DNA of 58,567 nucleotides, from contig CAZLHP010000005.1 in the NCBI GenBank assembly GCA_964559755.1, forward strand, positions 10,901-69,467, read 5' to 3'. Positions 17,829-25,508 of the stretch are shown in pieces (positions within the stretch are counted from its first letter, which is position 1; each line of letters begins with the position of its first letter). A program made the position numbers and the translations under genes. Source of the DNA: an uncultured Candidatus Saccharibacteria bacterium. GTDB lineage: Bacteria > Patescibacteriota > Minisyncoccia > Phycocordibacterales > UBA6065. The notes beneath the pieces were generated by a model that saw only the letters and a program-made list of their open reading frames with translations, did no database searches and had not been told where the DNA came from.

Positions 17829-18194
17829 TTATTCTCCCAACTCACATCCTGTTATTTCTGCGAGACCTTCGAGACCTTGTTCTCCTGCAAATTTATTTCC
17901 TTGGGCATCTATCCATGTAGGGTAACCCTCAATTCCTTTTTCGAGACAGATTTGTTGATTTTCCGGACATTCAACGTAGGGAACATGCTTGAAAGCATCA
18001 CCGAAATGTGATTTTTCATTTTGGCAGTGTGAGCACCATGAGGCTCCATACATCGTCATGTTTTTTGATGCGAGGCATTGTGCAAAAGCAACAATGTTTT
18101 CTGCTGGAGCTTTTCCTGCTTGTTTCTTTGAGGTGAGGTAAAGACCTCCGAGTATAAGAGCGATGAGGAGGGTATAAGAAATTATTTTTTTCAT
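17829..18194 (-). CDS. Secreted or anchored thioredoxin-like protein of the VKOR-associated type (WCSHC); paralogue of 2498-2872
   Basis: It has a signal or anchor helix, then MTMYGASWCSHCQNEKSHFG...PYVECP....C...GIEGYPTWI. This is the same motif set as the 2498-2872 product. Confidence 0.75.
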   Translation of the reverse strand: MKKIISYTLLIALILGGLYLTSKKQAGKAPAENIVAFAQCLASKNMTMYGASWCSHCQNEKSHFGDAFKHVPYVECPENQQICLEKGIEGYPTWIDAQGNKFAGEQGLEGLAEITGCELGE

Positions 18195-18197
18195 AGG

Positions 18198-18698
18198 TTA
18201 TTCTTTACAGCAATTCACAAGATTTTTCATAATGTCGTCATAGGTCATAGGTTTTTCACTCTCCATGGTTTTGATCACATCAGGACCGCTCACAATTTTT
18301 AGCCTCAGCGCGAAAAAGAGATTGAATGTTTTATAGGCAAAAGCAAACATTTCCTGTGAATCTTTTTTCTTTCCATCTGACTGAAGCTTGGTACCCACCT
18401 CCATGAGTCGCATTGTTGTAGAGAGGAGGTGTTTTGAAATGCACCAGCTTTCACCCTCAGTTTTAGGTATCATGCGCGCAAGGAGAGTTTTTCGCATTTC
18501 TCTGATTTCGTGTACGAGATCGTAGTATTCTGTTTTGTCTGTTTTTGCACCAGTAAAGAAAAAGTGCTCTTCGAGACTGATGAGATTCATGACGGCAATC
18601 GCCAAATCTTCTTCGGTTGAGAGGTCAACACCGCTTTTTTTTGCTTGTTCAACTTTTTTTGTGAGCTCCTCAATGCTCATGATGTTTTTGTTGATCAT
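18198..18698 (-). CDS. Hypothetical soluble helical protein ending in a vicinal Cys pair (…NCCKE), embedded in the ccdA-trx operon
   Basis: This 166-aa ORF has no TM or signal sequence. It lies 4 nt downstream of ccdA and 3 nt upstream of the Trx-like gene. No family was recognised. Confidence 0.55.
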   Translation of the reverse strand: MINKNIMSIEELTKKVEQAKKSGVDLSTEEDLAIAVMNLISLEEHFFFTGAKTDKTEYYDLVHEIREMRKTLLARMIPKTEGESWCISKHLLSTTMRLMEVGTKLQSDGKKKDSQEMFAFAYKTFNLFFALRLKIVSGPDVIKTMESEKPMTYDDIMKNLVNCCKE

Positions 18699-18702
18699 GG
18701 TC

Positions 18703-19398
18703 TTATACTACTAGTAAGAACAAACCTACTGCAAGTAGTGCGATATTGAGGAATACGCGTGATTTTTTGGTTTCGAGACGACGTAGAGCGTCTACCTTTG
18801 TGAGAACTGTTTTGTTTGTTGAGATGAGTAGTATGACAATGAGGGGTAAAACAAAAATAATATTGTATATCACGAGATAGGCGAACCCTGTCCAAAATGT
18901 TGTTTGATCATGGAGAAGTGATAGTACAAAGAGGTATGGTCCTCCAGTGCACGGGAATTCAAAAAGTCCTACGAGAATACCGAGGACGAATGCTGTCGGG
19001 ATGGTGGCTTTGTGTAGGGTTTTTCCGAGAGTTTCATGACTTTTTGCGGGAATCTTGAGCTTGATGGGAAAATTTGGGAAAAATTCATTAATGATTCCGA
19101 TTGTGCTGTATGCAACAAGTATCCACGCCCCAACAACTCCAATAACATTTGGTATAGAAAAGAAAGAAAGTACTTTGAGTATACCTACACCGATAAGGGT
19201 GTAGACGAGCGCGATTCCAAAAATATAGAGACCTCCTGCGGTGAGAATGAATTTTCTGTCTTTGCCGAGAGACATGAGAAAGGCGATAGACAAAAAGAGT
19301 ATAGAAAAAGCACACGGATTGAGACTGTCAGCGATTGCTGCGCCTGCGATGACAGGGAGAAACCAGTTTCCTGCGGTCTCAATAAGGTGTGTTTCCAT
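18703..19398 (-). CDS. ccdA: CcdA/DsbD-family transmembrane thiol-disulfide electron transporter
   Basis: It has six hydrophobic segments with the two family-defining Cys motifs: ADSLNPCAFSILF in TM1 and FEFPCTGGPYLF in TM4. Confidence 0.8.
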   Translation of the reverse strand: METHLIETAGNWFLPVIAGAAIADSLNPCAFSILFLSIAFLMSLGKDRKFILTAGGLYIFGIALVYTLIGVGILKVLSFFSIPNVIGVVGAWILVAYSTIGIINEFFPNFPIKLKIPAKSHETLGKTLHKATIPTAFVLGILVGLFEFPCTGGPYLFVLSLLHDQTTFWTGFAYLVIYNIIFVLPLIVILLISTNKTVLTKVDALRRLETKKSRVFLNIALLAVGLFLLVV

Positions 19399-19452
19399 GA
19401 ATGTATAGTAGCACTTTATCTATGAGATGCTACACCAAAGGCGCACGAGGTT

Positions 19453-19929
19453 TTAATTGAGTATCCAAATACTGTAATTCAAATATCCCGCAAAGCTTAC
19501 CCAGAGAATGTAGGGCACGAGGAGATATGCTGATGTTTTTGAGAGCGGCCAAAACTTTCTTATGGTCAAAAAGAGCACGAGCCAGAGTACTACTATTTCT
19601 GCAAATGCTAATCCTGGATTGCGTGCTCCAAAAAAGAGAAGGGACCAGAGTAGATTGAGTATGAGCTGAGCACCATAAAAAGAGAGAGCGATGCGCACGT
19701 CTCGTCTTTCATACCCTTTTTGGAAAATGAGAAAAGAGGCGATGCCCATGAGAATAAAAAGCACTGTCCATACAGGACCAAACACCCAATTTGGCGGAGC
19801 GAGTTCTGGTCTAGTAAGCGTTGCATACCATGTGGGTATGGTAGCGCTTGTAAAGAGAGAGCCAAGGAGACCTATGATTTGAGGAATAAGAAGTGCTCCC
19901 GCAAGGGTCAAAATGTACTTTGTTTTCAT
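19453..19929 (-). CDS. tspO: TspO/MBR tryptophan-rich sensory protein
   Basis: It has five TM segments and conserved blocks WYATLTRPELAPPNWVFGPVWTVLFILMG, LNLLWSLLFF and PYILWVSFAGYLN. Confidence 0.85.
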   Translation of the reverse strand: MKTKYILTLAGALLIPQIIGLLGSLFTSATIPTWYATLTRPELAPPNWVFGPVWTVLFILMGIASFLIFQKGYERRDVRIALSFYGAQLILNLLWSLLFFGARNPGLAFAEIVVLWLVLFLTIRKFWPLSKTSAYLLVPYILWVSFAGYLNYSIWILN

Positions 19930-19982
19930 GATACTATGAAGTGTAACGTAGATTATTTTTTTATCATAATCTTAAAAAACAT

Positions 19983-20375
19983 ATGAAAGGATATATATCA
20001 AATATAGAAAAGAGCACGCTCGAGAATTCTCACTTTAGAAAGGTGCTCTATACCACAACGCAGAGCCAGCTCGTGCTCATGTCGCTTTTGCCGGGCGAAG
20101 AGATTGGGGAGGAGATACATGATGTTGATCAGTTTTTGCGTATCGAGCAGGGTACAGGCATGGTAGTACTTGATGATGTTCCTCATCCTATCGAAGACGG
20201 CAGTGCTATCGTCGTACCAATTGGTACAAAGCACAACATTGTGAATACAGGAAAGGATTCAATGAAACTGTATAGCTTGTATATGCCACCTCATCACAAA
20301 GACGGCACCATACACGAAACAAAAGCTCAGGCAGAGTCAGATGACGAGCATTTTGACGGTGTAACGTCGGCGTAG
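19983..20375 (+). CDS. Cupin-domain protein
   Basis: Its size and the motif GEEIGEEIHD.DQF..I.QG.G (cupin motif 1-like) plus VPIGTKHNIVN (motif 2-like) support the call. Confidence 0.6.
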   Translation: MKGYISNIEKSTLENSHFRKVLYTTTQSQLVLMSLLPGEEIGEEIHDVDQFLRIEQGTGMVVLDDVPHPIEDGSAIVVPIGTKHNIVNTGKDSMKLYSLYMPPHHKDGTIHETKAQAESDDEHFDGVTSA

Positions 20376-20459
20376 TCTTTTTAGTTGTAAAGTAGAGAGA
20401 GAAGCAGTAATGTGTGGGGTATATCTTTAAGGTAGTAGTTTAATTTTTAAAAAAAATAT

Positions 20460-21011
20460 ATGAAAAAATGGATTGTAATAATCGGAATTGTAGTGGTGTT
20501 GGTACTTTGGGGTATGAGTTCATATAACACGCTCGTTTCTTTGAACGAGTCAGTTGATGGTCAGTGGGCGCAAGTTGAAACTCAGTATCAAAGACGCTTT
20601 GATCTCATTCCAAATCTCGTTGAGTCTGTAAAGGGTGTGATGGCTCAGGAGGTTGAGATTTTCACAGCGATTGCAGAAGCCCGAACTCGCTACTCAGGAG
20701 CAATGACTGTTAATGAAAAAGCACAAGCTGCAGGACAAGTGGAAAGTGCTCTCGGACGTTTGCTTGTCATTACTGAAAACTATCCACAACTGAAATCATC
20801 AGATGCCGTACAGACACTCATGGTGCAAATAGAAGGAACAGAAAATCGTGTGAGTGTTGAGCGTGGTCGCTTTAACGACTTTGTAAGACAGTACAACGTG
20901 CTTACAAAACGTGTTCCTGGAGTGATTGTGGCAAAACTATTTGGTTTTGGTGAGCGCGAATACTTTGAAAGCGCAGAAGGATCAGAAGAGGCTCCAAAGG
21001 TTTCATTCTAA
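20460..21011 (+). CDS. lemA: LemA family protein
   Basis: It has an N-terminal TM helix and the blocks YNTLVSLNE.V...WAQVETQYQRRFDLIPNLVE, ENYPQLKS and RF.ND.V..YN. Confidence 0.85.
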   Translation: MKKWIVIIGIVVVLVLWGMSSYNTLVSLNESVDGQWAQVETQYQRRFDLIPNLVESVKGVMAQEVEIFTAIAEARTRYSGAMTVNEKAQAAGQVESALGRLLVITENYPQLKSSDAVQTLMVQIEGTENRVSVERGRFNDFVRQYNVLTKRVPGVIVAKLFGFGEREYFESAEGSEEAPKVSF

Positions 21012-21023
21012 CAAACGTTCACT

Positions 21024-21878
21024 ATGAAGTGGTTACTCTCTTTTGTAGCGATATGGTGCGCACCTCTCTTTGTGTACGCATATACAAGCCCCGGTACTCC
21101 TACAGGGTTTGTTAATGATTTCAGTGGGTTACTACAAGCAGAAGAGAGGTCATCTCTCGAGGTAACGCTCAGTGCCTTTGAAAAGGAAACAGGAAACGAA
21201 ATCACCGTTGTCACCATAGAGAGTCTCGGAGATGAAACTGTCGAGACGTATGCAGTAAAACTTTTTGAGGAATGGAAAATAGGAAAAGAAAAATACGATA
21301 ACGGCGTTCTTTTCCTCATTGTTCCGACGGAGCGTCAGATGAGAATCGAAGTTGGATATGGTCTCGAGGGTGCTCTGCCGGATGCTCTTACGTCTCAGAT
21401 TATGAGGACTATTACCACTCCGGATTTTCAGAGCGGTGACTATGCGGGAGGTATAGCACGCACTGTTGATGCTCTCATGTCCGCAACTCGTGGTGAGTAT
21501 CAGGTTACGGAACAAAAGGAGTCTCGAGGTTTTCCGCTGGAGTTTTTCTTTTTTCTTTTTTTCATACTACCGACATGGCTCGGTAGTATACTCGGTCGTT
21601 CGAAATCATGGTGGGCGGGAGGTGTGATCGGAGGGGTTGCGGGAATTATTCTCTCTGTTGTTTTTGGTTTTTTCTATATCGGTATCGCATCTCTCGTTGT
21701 GCTCATTCCTCTCGGATTATTTTTTGACTATATAGTCTCTCGTTCGTATAGCAAGGCGCTCGCTTCGGGACTTCACGCGCCGTGGTGGACGGGTGGAGGC
21801 AAGGGAGGTATGGGAGGAGGTTTCGGTGGATTTGGAGGTGGAGGATCAGGCGGAGGAGGCTCATCCGGACGATGGTAA
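21024..21878 (+). CDS. TPM-domain (YgcG-like) membrane protein with a Gly-rich tail
   Basis: It has a signal peptide and the TPM core FVNDFSGLL...E...LE..L..FEKETGNEI.VVTI.SL...........LFEEWKIG....DNGVLFLIV..ERQMRIEVGYGLEG. TM segments and a C-terminal GGGKGGMGGGFGGFGGGGSGGGG follow. It forms the classic pairing with lemA. Confidence 0.8.
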   Translation: MKWLLSFVAIWCAPLFVYAYTSPGTPTGFVNDFSGLLQAEERSSLEVTLSAFEKETGNEITVVTIESLGDETVETYAVKLFEEWKIGKEKYDNGVLFLIVPTERQMRIEVGYGLEGALPDALTSQIMRTITTPDFQSGDYAGGIARTVDALMSATRGEYQVTEQKESRGFPLEFFFFLFFILPTWLGSILGRSKSWWAGGVIGGVAGIILSVVFGFFYIGIASLVVLIPLGLFFDYIVSRSYSKALASGLHAPWWTGGGKGGMGGGFGGFGGGGSGGGGSSGRW

Positions 21879-21882
21879 TTGT

Positions 21883-23001
21883 ATGAAACCAGAAAAAGCA
21901 CGTACGTGGGTAGAAATAGATACAGAAGCGCTTAAACATAACTTTGGCGTGCTTTCGCGCAACCTTGCAACGCAGGTGTTGAAAATGTCCGTAGTAAAAT
22001 CAAATGCGTATGGGCATGGCATGGTTCCGTGCGCACGTGTTTTTCGTGATGCTGGTACAGATTTTTTTGCAGTCGATTCTTTTGAGGAGGCGCTCGAGCT
22101 CCGTGAGGGAGGTATTGCACAACCCATTTTGGTGTTGGGGTACACACCGGTGCATTATTTTAATCAAGCGTCTCTCCTCGGTATTTCGCTCACGATTTCA
22201 AATCGTGAATCCCTGAATGATGCGAGTATTCTATCTCTCTTTCTCAAGGTTCATATCAAAATAGACACAGGTCTGCACCGACAAGGTTTTCAAGAAGCAG
22301 ACCGTGATTTTGTTTTCTCTGTTCTCAAGAAATCTCCCCACCTCATGATTGAGGGTGTCTATACACACCTCGCTGCGGCTGAAACCCCACGCTACAAAAA
22401 ACACACTCAGACTCAGATCAGCCTCTTTTCTTCCTGGACATCTGATTTTAAAAGTCGGGGTTACGCCCCCCTTGCTCATGCGAGCGCTTCGGCTGCTTCT
22501 ATGCTCTATAAACATATGCATTTTGATATGGTTCGTTTTGGTATCGCTCTCTATGGATTGTGGCCATCACTGGAAACAAAAGTTCGAGCTAGAGGTGTGC
22601 GCTTGATGCCCGCTCTATCGTGGAAGGCTGTTGTTTCTGAAGTAAAAAATGTTCCTCGAGGGGAACCTGTGGGTTATGATCTGACACAAAAAACAAAACG
22701 TAATTCACTTTTGGCTGTTGTTCCGGTGGGGTATTGGCATGGTTATCCGAGAAATCTTTCTAGTGTTGGTGAGGTGCTCGTCAAAGGTAAAAAAACAAAG
22801 GTGTTTGGTCGTGTGTCTATGGATATGATAGTTGTGGATGTAACTGGTAATAAGGGAGTGAGACAAGGTAGTGAGGTTGTACTCATTGGAGAAGCTGGCA
22901 AGGCGTCCGTGTCTGCACATGACGTGGCTACTAAAGCAGATACCATTAACTATGAGATAGTGACCCGAATAAACCCTTTTATTCCACGGGTGTACTCTTA
23001 A
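21883..23001 (+). CDS. alr: Alanine racemase
   Basis: The PLP-lysine motif VVKSNAYGHG is present, with a C-terminal GRVSMDM..VDVT block. The ATG at 21883 is preferred because the upstream part of the track ORF overlaps the TPM gene. Confidence 0.9.
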   Translation: MKPEKARTWVEIDTEALKHNFGVLSRNLATQVLKMSVVKSNAYGHGMVPCARVFRDAGTDFFAVDSFEEALELREGGIAQPILVLGYTPVHYFNQASLLGISLTISNRESLNDASILSLFLKVHIKIDTGLHRQGFQEADRDFVFSVLKKSPHLMIEGVYTHLAAAETPRYKKHTQTQISLFSSWTSDFKSRGYAPLAHASASAASMLYKHMHFDMVRFGIALYGLWPSLETKVRARGVRLMPALSWKAVVSEVKNVPRGEPVGYDLTQKTKRNSLLAVVPVGYWHGYPRNLSSVGEVLVKGKKTKVFGRVSMDMIVVDVTGNKGVRQGSEVVLIGEAGKASVSAHDVATKADTINYEIVTRINPFIPRVYS

Positions 23002-23065
23002 AAGGCCGTGTATATTGCTTATTTTATAGATTGTGCTACTATCTCAAGACATTTAAAAAACACGT

Positions 23066-23221
23066 ATGTCGCAAGATAATTTGGTTATCATAAAGAATAA
23101 AGAGACGGGAGAGGTATACTATACTCGCAAAAACAAGCGAAAGGTTGAGCGCAAACTTGAGCTCAAGAAATACTCAAAGACATTGAGAAAGCGTATTGTT
23201 TTCAAGGAAGCAAAGAAATAA
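23066..23221 (+). CDS. rpmG: 50S ribosomal protein L33 (51 aa, below the ORF-track cut-off)
   Basis: My own translation is MSQDNLVIIKNKETGEVYYTRKNKRKVERKLELKKYSKTLRKRIVFKEAKK. The YYT.KNKR...KLELKKY...RK...FKE pattern is the L33 signature. A terminator follows. Confidence 0.8.
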   Translation: MSQDNLVIIKNKETGEVYYTRKNKRKVERKLELKKYSKTLRKRIVFKEAKK

Positions 23222-23225
23222 AAAA

Positions 23226-23256
23226 CAAAAATCCGCCTAATGGCGGATTTTTGTTT
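23226..23256. terminator. Bidirectional terminator after rpmG
   Basis: The hairpin is AAAATCCGCC-TAAT-GGCGGATTTT, with A/T runs on both sides. Confidence 0.75.
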
Positions 23257-23260
23257 GAGC

Positions 23261-23353
23261 CTATCGTCGGCGAGATTGCTTCGAAGTTTTTTTCTTCGTG
23301 CTCTTCTTTGCTTTCTTTATTTTCTTGGGTGATTTTTTTATCTTGCGAACCAT
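23261..23353 (-). CDS. Possible 30-aa polybasic peptide (speculative)
   Basis: The minus-strand ORF encodes MVRKIKKSPKKIKKAKKSTKKKTSKQSRRR and ends just before the shared terminator. It has no Shine-Dalgarno sequence. Confidence 0.2.
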   Translation of the reverse strand: MVRKIKKSPKKIKKAKKSTKKKTSKQSRRR

Positions 23354-23642
23354 GTGATGAAAGAAATTAATTTTTTTGAATAAACGACTTTGTTTAAGTG
23401 TATACGTTATGTGTGAGAGTGCAATGAAGTTATGCGTATGAAATTTTTTTATTGATACTTATTTTTTAGTTTTTTATTTCTGATGGCGGAATCTTTTTAT
23501 TTTGTAGGTCGGAAAGTTGAATTTAACACCATCCATAAAATTTTTATCTCTCAGAGGATTTTTTATTATGTTTGTGTGTCTCGAGAAGTGTGGAGGGGTG
23601 TAATTGAGAACCGTCATCTTGTATCTTTTTTCTTTGTTTGTG

Positions 23643-23714
23643 CGGGCCCACCAGGACTTGCACCTGGAACCTCGCGTTTGGAGTGCGATGTTTTACTATT
23701 GAAACTATAGGCCC
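23643..23714 (-). tRNA. tRNA-Trp (anticodon CCA)
   Basis: Hand fold on the minus strand: acceptor GGGCCTA/TGGGCCC (one G-U), D-arm GTTT-CAATAGT-AAAC, anticodon arm TCGCA-CTCCAAA-CGCGA (A31-C39 mismatch), T-arm CCAGG-TGCAAGT-CCTGG, discriminator G. The T-loop TGC is atypical. Confidence 0.8.
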
Positions 23715-23748
23715 TTCTAAGCTACCCGTGTAGTCGCAGGTTACTCTA

Positions 23749-24648
23749 TCAGTTTTTGAGAAATTTTTCTACTGCTTCTCGTATGGCTTTGTTTTCTCCT
23801 GGTGCAAACCAGAGAATGTTTTTGTTTCTCCTGAACCACTGCATTTGTCGTTTTGCGTAGTGAACAATTTCTTGTTCAAGTCGTGCGAGCATTTCCTCTT
23901 TGTTCATCTTTTTTTGTAGGTAGAGAGATACGTAGCGGTATTCAAGACCAAAGGAGTAGAGCCTCTTCCACGAAACTCCTTGTTTGTGGAGTTGGGCAAC
24001 TTCTTTTTCCATAGCATTGCTCTCGTTTCTTTTCAAAAGTCGTGTGTGTATTTTTTCACGGAGTATGTGTGGATCGAGAGTAAGACCAATAAAAAGAGTG
24101 TCGTAGCGTTTGTTTTTCTTTACGCGGGGCACATACCCAAGAGCCGTGGCTATTTCAATTGCTCGGATAATGCGTACTCTGTTCTGAAGATCGAGTTTGG
24201 ATGCTCTTCGTACATCGAGGAGTTTTATTTTTTTTACGAGTGTTTCCGTCGACATTTTTTCAAGTTGAGCTCGAAGTTTTTTGTTTGGTGGAACTGCAGG
24301 AAATTCTTCGCCTGATATGAGTGCGTCGATGTAGAAACCCGTTCCTCCTGCAATAATCGGTACTTTTTTATTTTTTAGAATGGTCGTGACTGCTTTGCTC
24401 GCATCATTTTTGAAATGTTCTACAGAGTACACTTTTTTTGGAGAAAAAATGTCGAGCAGGTGGTGGGGGATACCTCGCATTTCGTCCGCGGTTATTTTGC
24501 CTGATCCAATATCAAGTCCTCTGTATACCTGACGAGAATCAGCAGAGATAATTTCTCCTTGTATTTTTTGTGCGATGTATACTGCGAGGTCGCTTTTCCC
24601 TGTGGCTGTTGGTCCTACAATCGCAATGACTTTGGGTTTGAGGCTCAT
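23749..24648 (-). CDS. miaA: tRNA dimethylallyltransferase MiaA
   Basis: The P-loop VIAIVGPTATGKS is present, with SADSRQVYRGLDIGSGK and PIIAGGTGFY blocks. The start is either the ATG at 24648 or the GTG at 24654. Confidence 0.9.
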   Translation of the reverse strand: MSLKPKVIAIVGPTATGKSDLAVYIAQKIQGEIISADSRQVYRGLDIGSGKITADEMRGIPHHLLDIFSPKKVYSVEHFKNDASKAVTTILKNKKVPIIAGGTGFYIDALISGEEFPAVPPNKKLRAQLEKMSTETLVKKIKLLDVRRASKLDLQNRVRIIRAIEIATALGYVPRVKKNKRYDTLFIGLTLDPHILREKIHTRLLKRNESNAMEKEVAQLHKQGVSWKRLYSFGLEYRYVSLYLQKKMNKEEMLARLEQEIVHYAKRQMQWFRRNKNILWFAPGENKAIREAVEKFLKN

Positions 24649-24714
24649 GTGCACACGTTACCAGAAGGAGAAAGCCCGTACAACTATGGATTGAGTTGTA
24701 CGGGCTTGAAGCCA

Positions 24715-25059
24715 TCACTTACGCACCGTGCTTTTTTCAGGTCGTACTGTCAATGCATTGTGTCCTCGAGAGCTAGACACAATGTCTTTGATCAGTACCC
24801 AATCACCAGTTTGTGGGGGTTGTTCCTGTTTCCAAGCGCATGATGGTTTTTGTGAACCATTACGCGTATTTGGAAAGGAAAAAGTTACGGGTTTTTTTAG
24901 TTCAGGGCAGTAGACAAAGGCGTAACCAATATCACCCTTTCGGTCGACGCGGTTTACCTTTGCTTTATACCACTGAACTTTTTTTAGAGGCGTAGTGACG
25001 GGTTGCTGTTGGGGCTCTCTTTTAGAAAAGAGCTCTCTGATCTTGTTTAACCATGACAT
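24715..25059 (-). CDS. Hypothetical 114-aa protein
   Basis: The ATG at 25059 is preceded by a perfect AAGGAGGA Shine-Dalgarno sequence (rc of tcctcctt, 25064-25071). The longer track ORF (to 25341) would run through a tRNA gene. No family was recognised. Confidence 0.6.
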   Translation of the reverse strand: MSWLNKIRELFSKREPQQQPVTTPLKKVQWYKAKVNRVDRKGDIGYAFVYCPELKKPVTFSFPNTRNGSQKPSCAWKQEQPPQTGDWVLIKDIVSSSRGHNALTVRPEKSTVRK

Positions 25060-25126
25060 ACGTCCTCCTTTGTTGGTCCACATGCAACGTACCACATATT
25101 TGCACAATTGCAATATGTAGTTTGGC

Positions 25127-25263
25127 TCTCTCACGCAAAGTCTCAAGAGTGACTTGGTCACAAGTCGTTTTTCGCCGTCGCTCAAAACGCTTTCGACCCC
25201 GGCTCGGCAGTGCTCGAAACTCGCACTGTGCCTGCGCCCTTCAAGTCTCTCACGCAAAGTCTC
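25127..25263. repeat. Pair of identical 18-nt direct repeats, 119 nt apart
   Basis: TCTCTCACGCAAAGTCTC occurs at 25127-25144 and at 25246-25263. The second copy is preceded by TTCAAGTCTCTC (25240-25251), an inverted copy of the tRNA-Leu T-loop/stem 12-mer (25323-25334). Confidence 0.85.
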
Positions 25264-25282
25264 CCAGACTTTGCTCTCCGGC

Positions 25283-25310
25283 ACGCAAAAAGACGCGAAA
25301 GCGTCTTTTC
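25283..25310 (-). terminator. Terminator directly after tRNA-Leu
   Basis: The minus strand reads AAAGACGC-TTTC-GCGTCTTT followed by TTGCG. The stem is 8 bp and the U-run is short. Confidence 0.55.
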
Positions 25311-25311
25311 T

Positions 25312-25395
25312 TGGTGCCGGAGGAGAGACTTGAACTCTCACATCTTGCGATACGCGATTTTGAGTCGCGCGTGTCTACCATTCCACCACTCCGGC
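25312..25395 (-). tRNA. tRNA-Leu (anticodon CAA), type II, with CCA encoded
   Basis: Hand fold on the minus strand: acceptor GCCGGAG/CTCCGGC, D-arm GTG-GAATGGTAGA-CAC, anticodon arm CGCGA-CTCAAAA-TCGCG, variable arm TATCGCAAGATGT, T-arm GAGAG-TTCAAGT-CTCTC, then A and CCA. Confidence 0.9.
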
Positions 25396-25508
25396 TTTTT
25401 TATCCTCTACCCACCGTGTATGTAACTTACACTAAAAAACAACTTTTCTCAATTTTTGCGGTAATAGTACTACATGGTAAAATAGAGAGACACTCATCAT
25501 ATATTCAT

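Noticed and set aside
25127-25263. A mini CRISPR array formed by the two 18-nt repeats.
   Set aside because: There are only two copies and the repeat is too short (18 nt). The spacing is about 100 nt, no cas genes are present, and the repeats sit in a 5' leader.
25396-25508. A parS site or DnaA-box cluster (an origin) near the orphan parB.
   Set aside because: I found no match to TGTTNCACGTGAAACA and no cluster of TTATCCACA-like boxes here or elsewhere in the window. The isolated TTATCCAC at about 28066 is inside topA.
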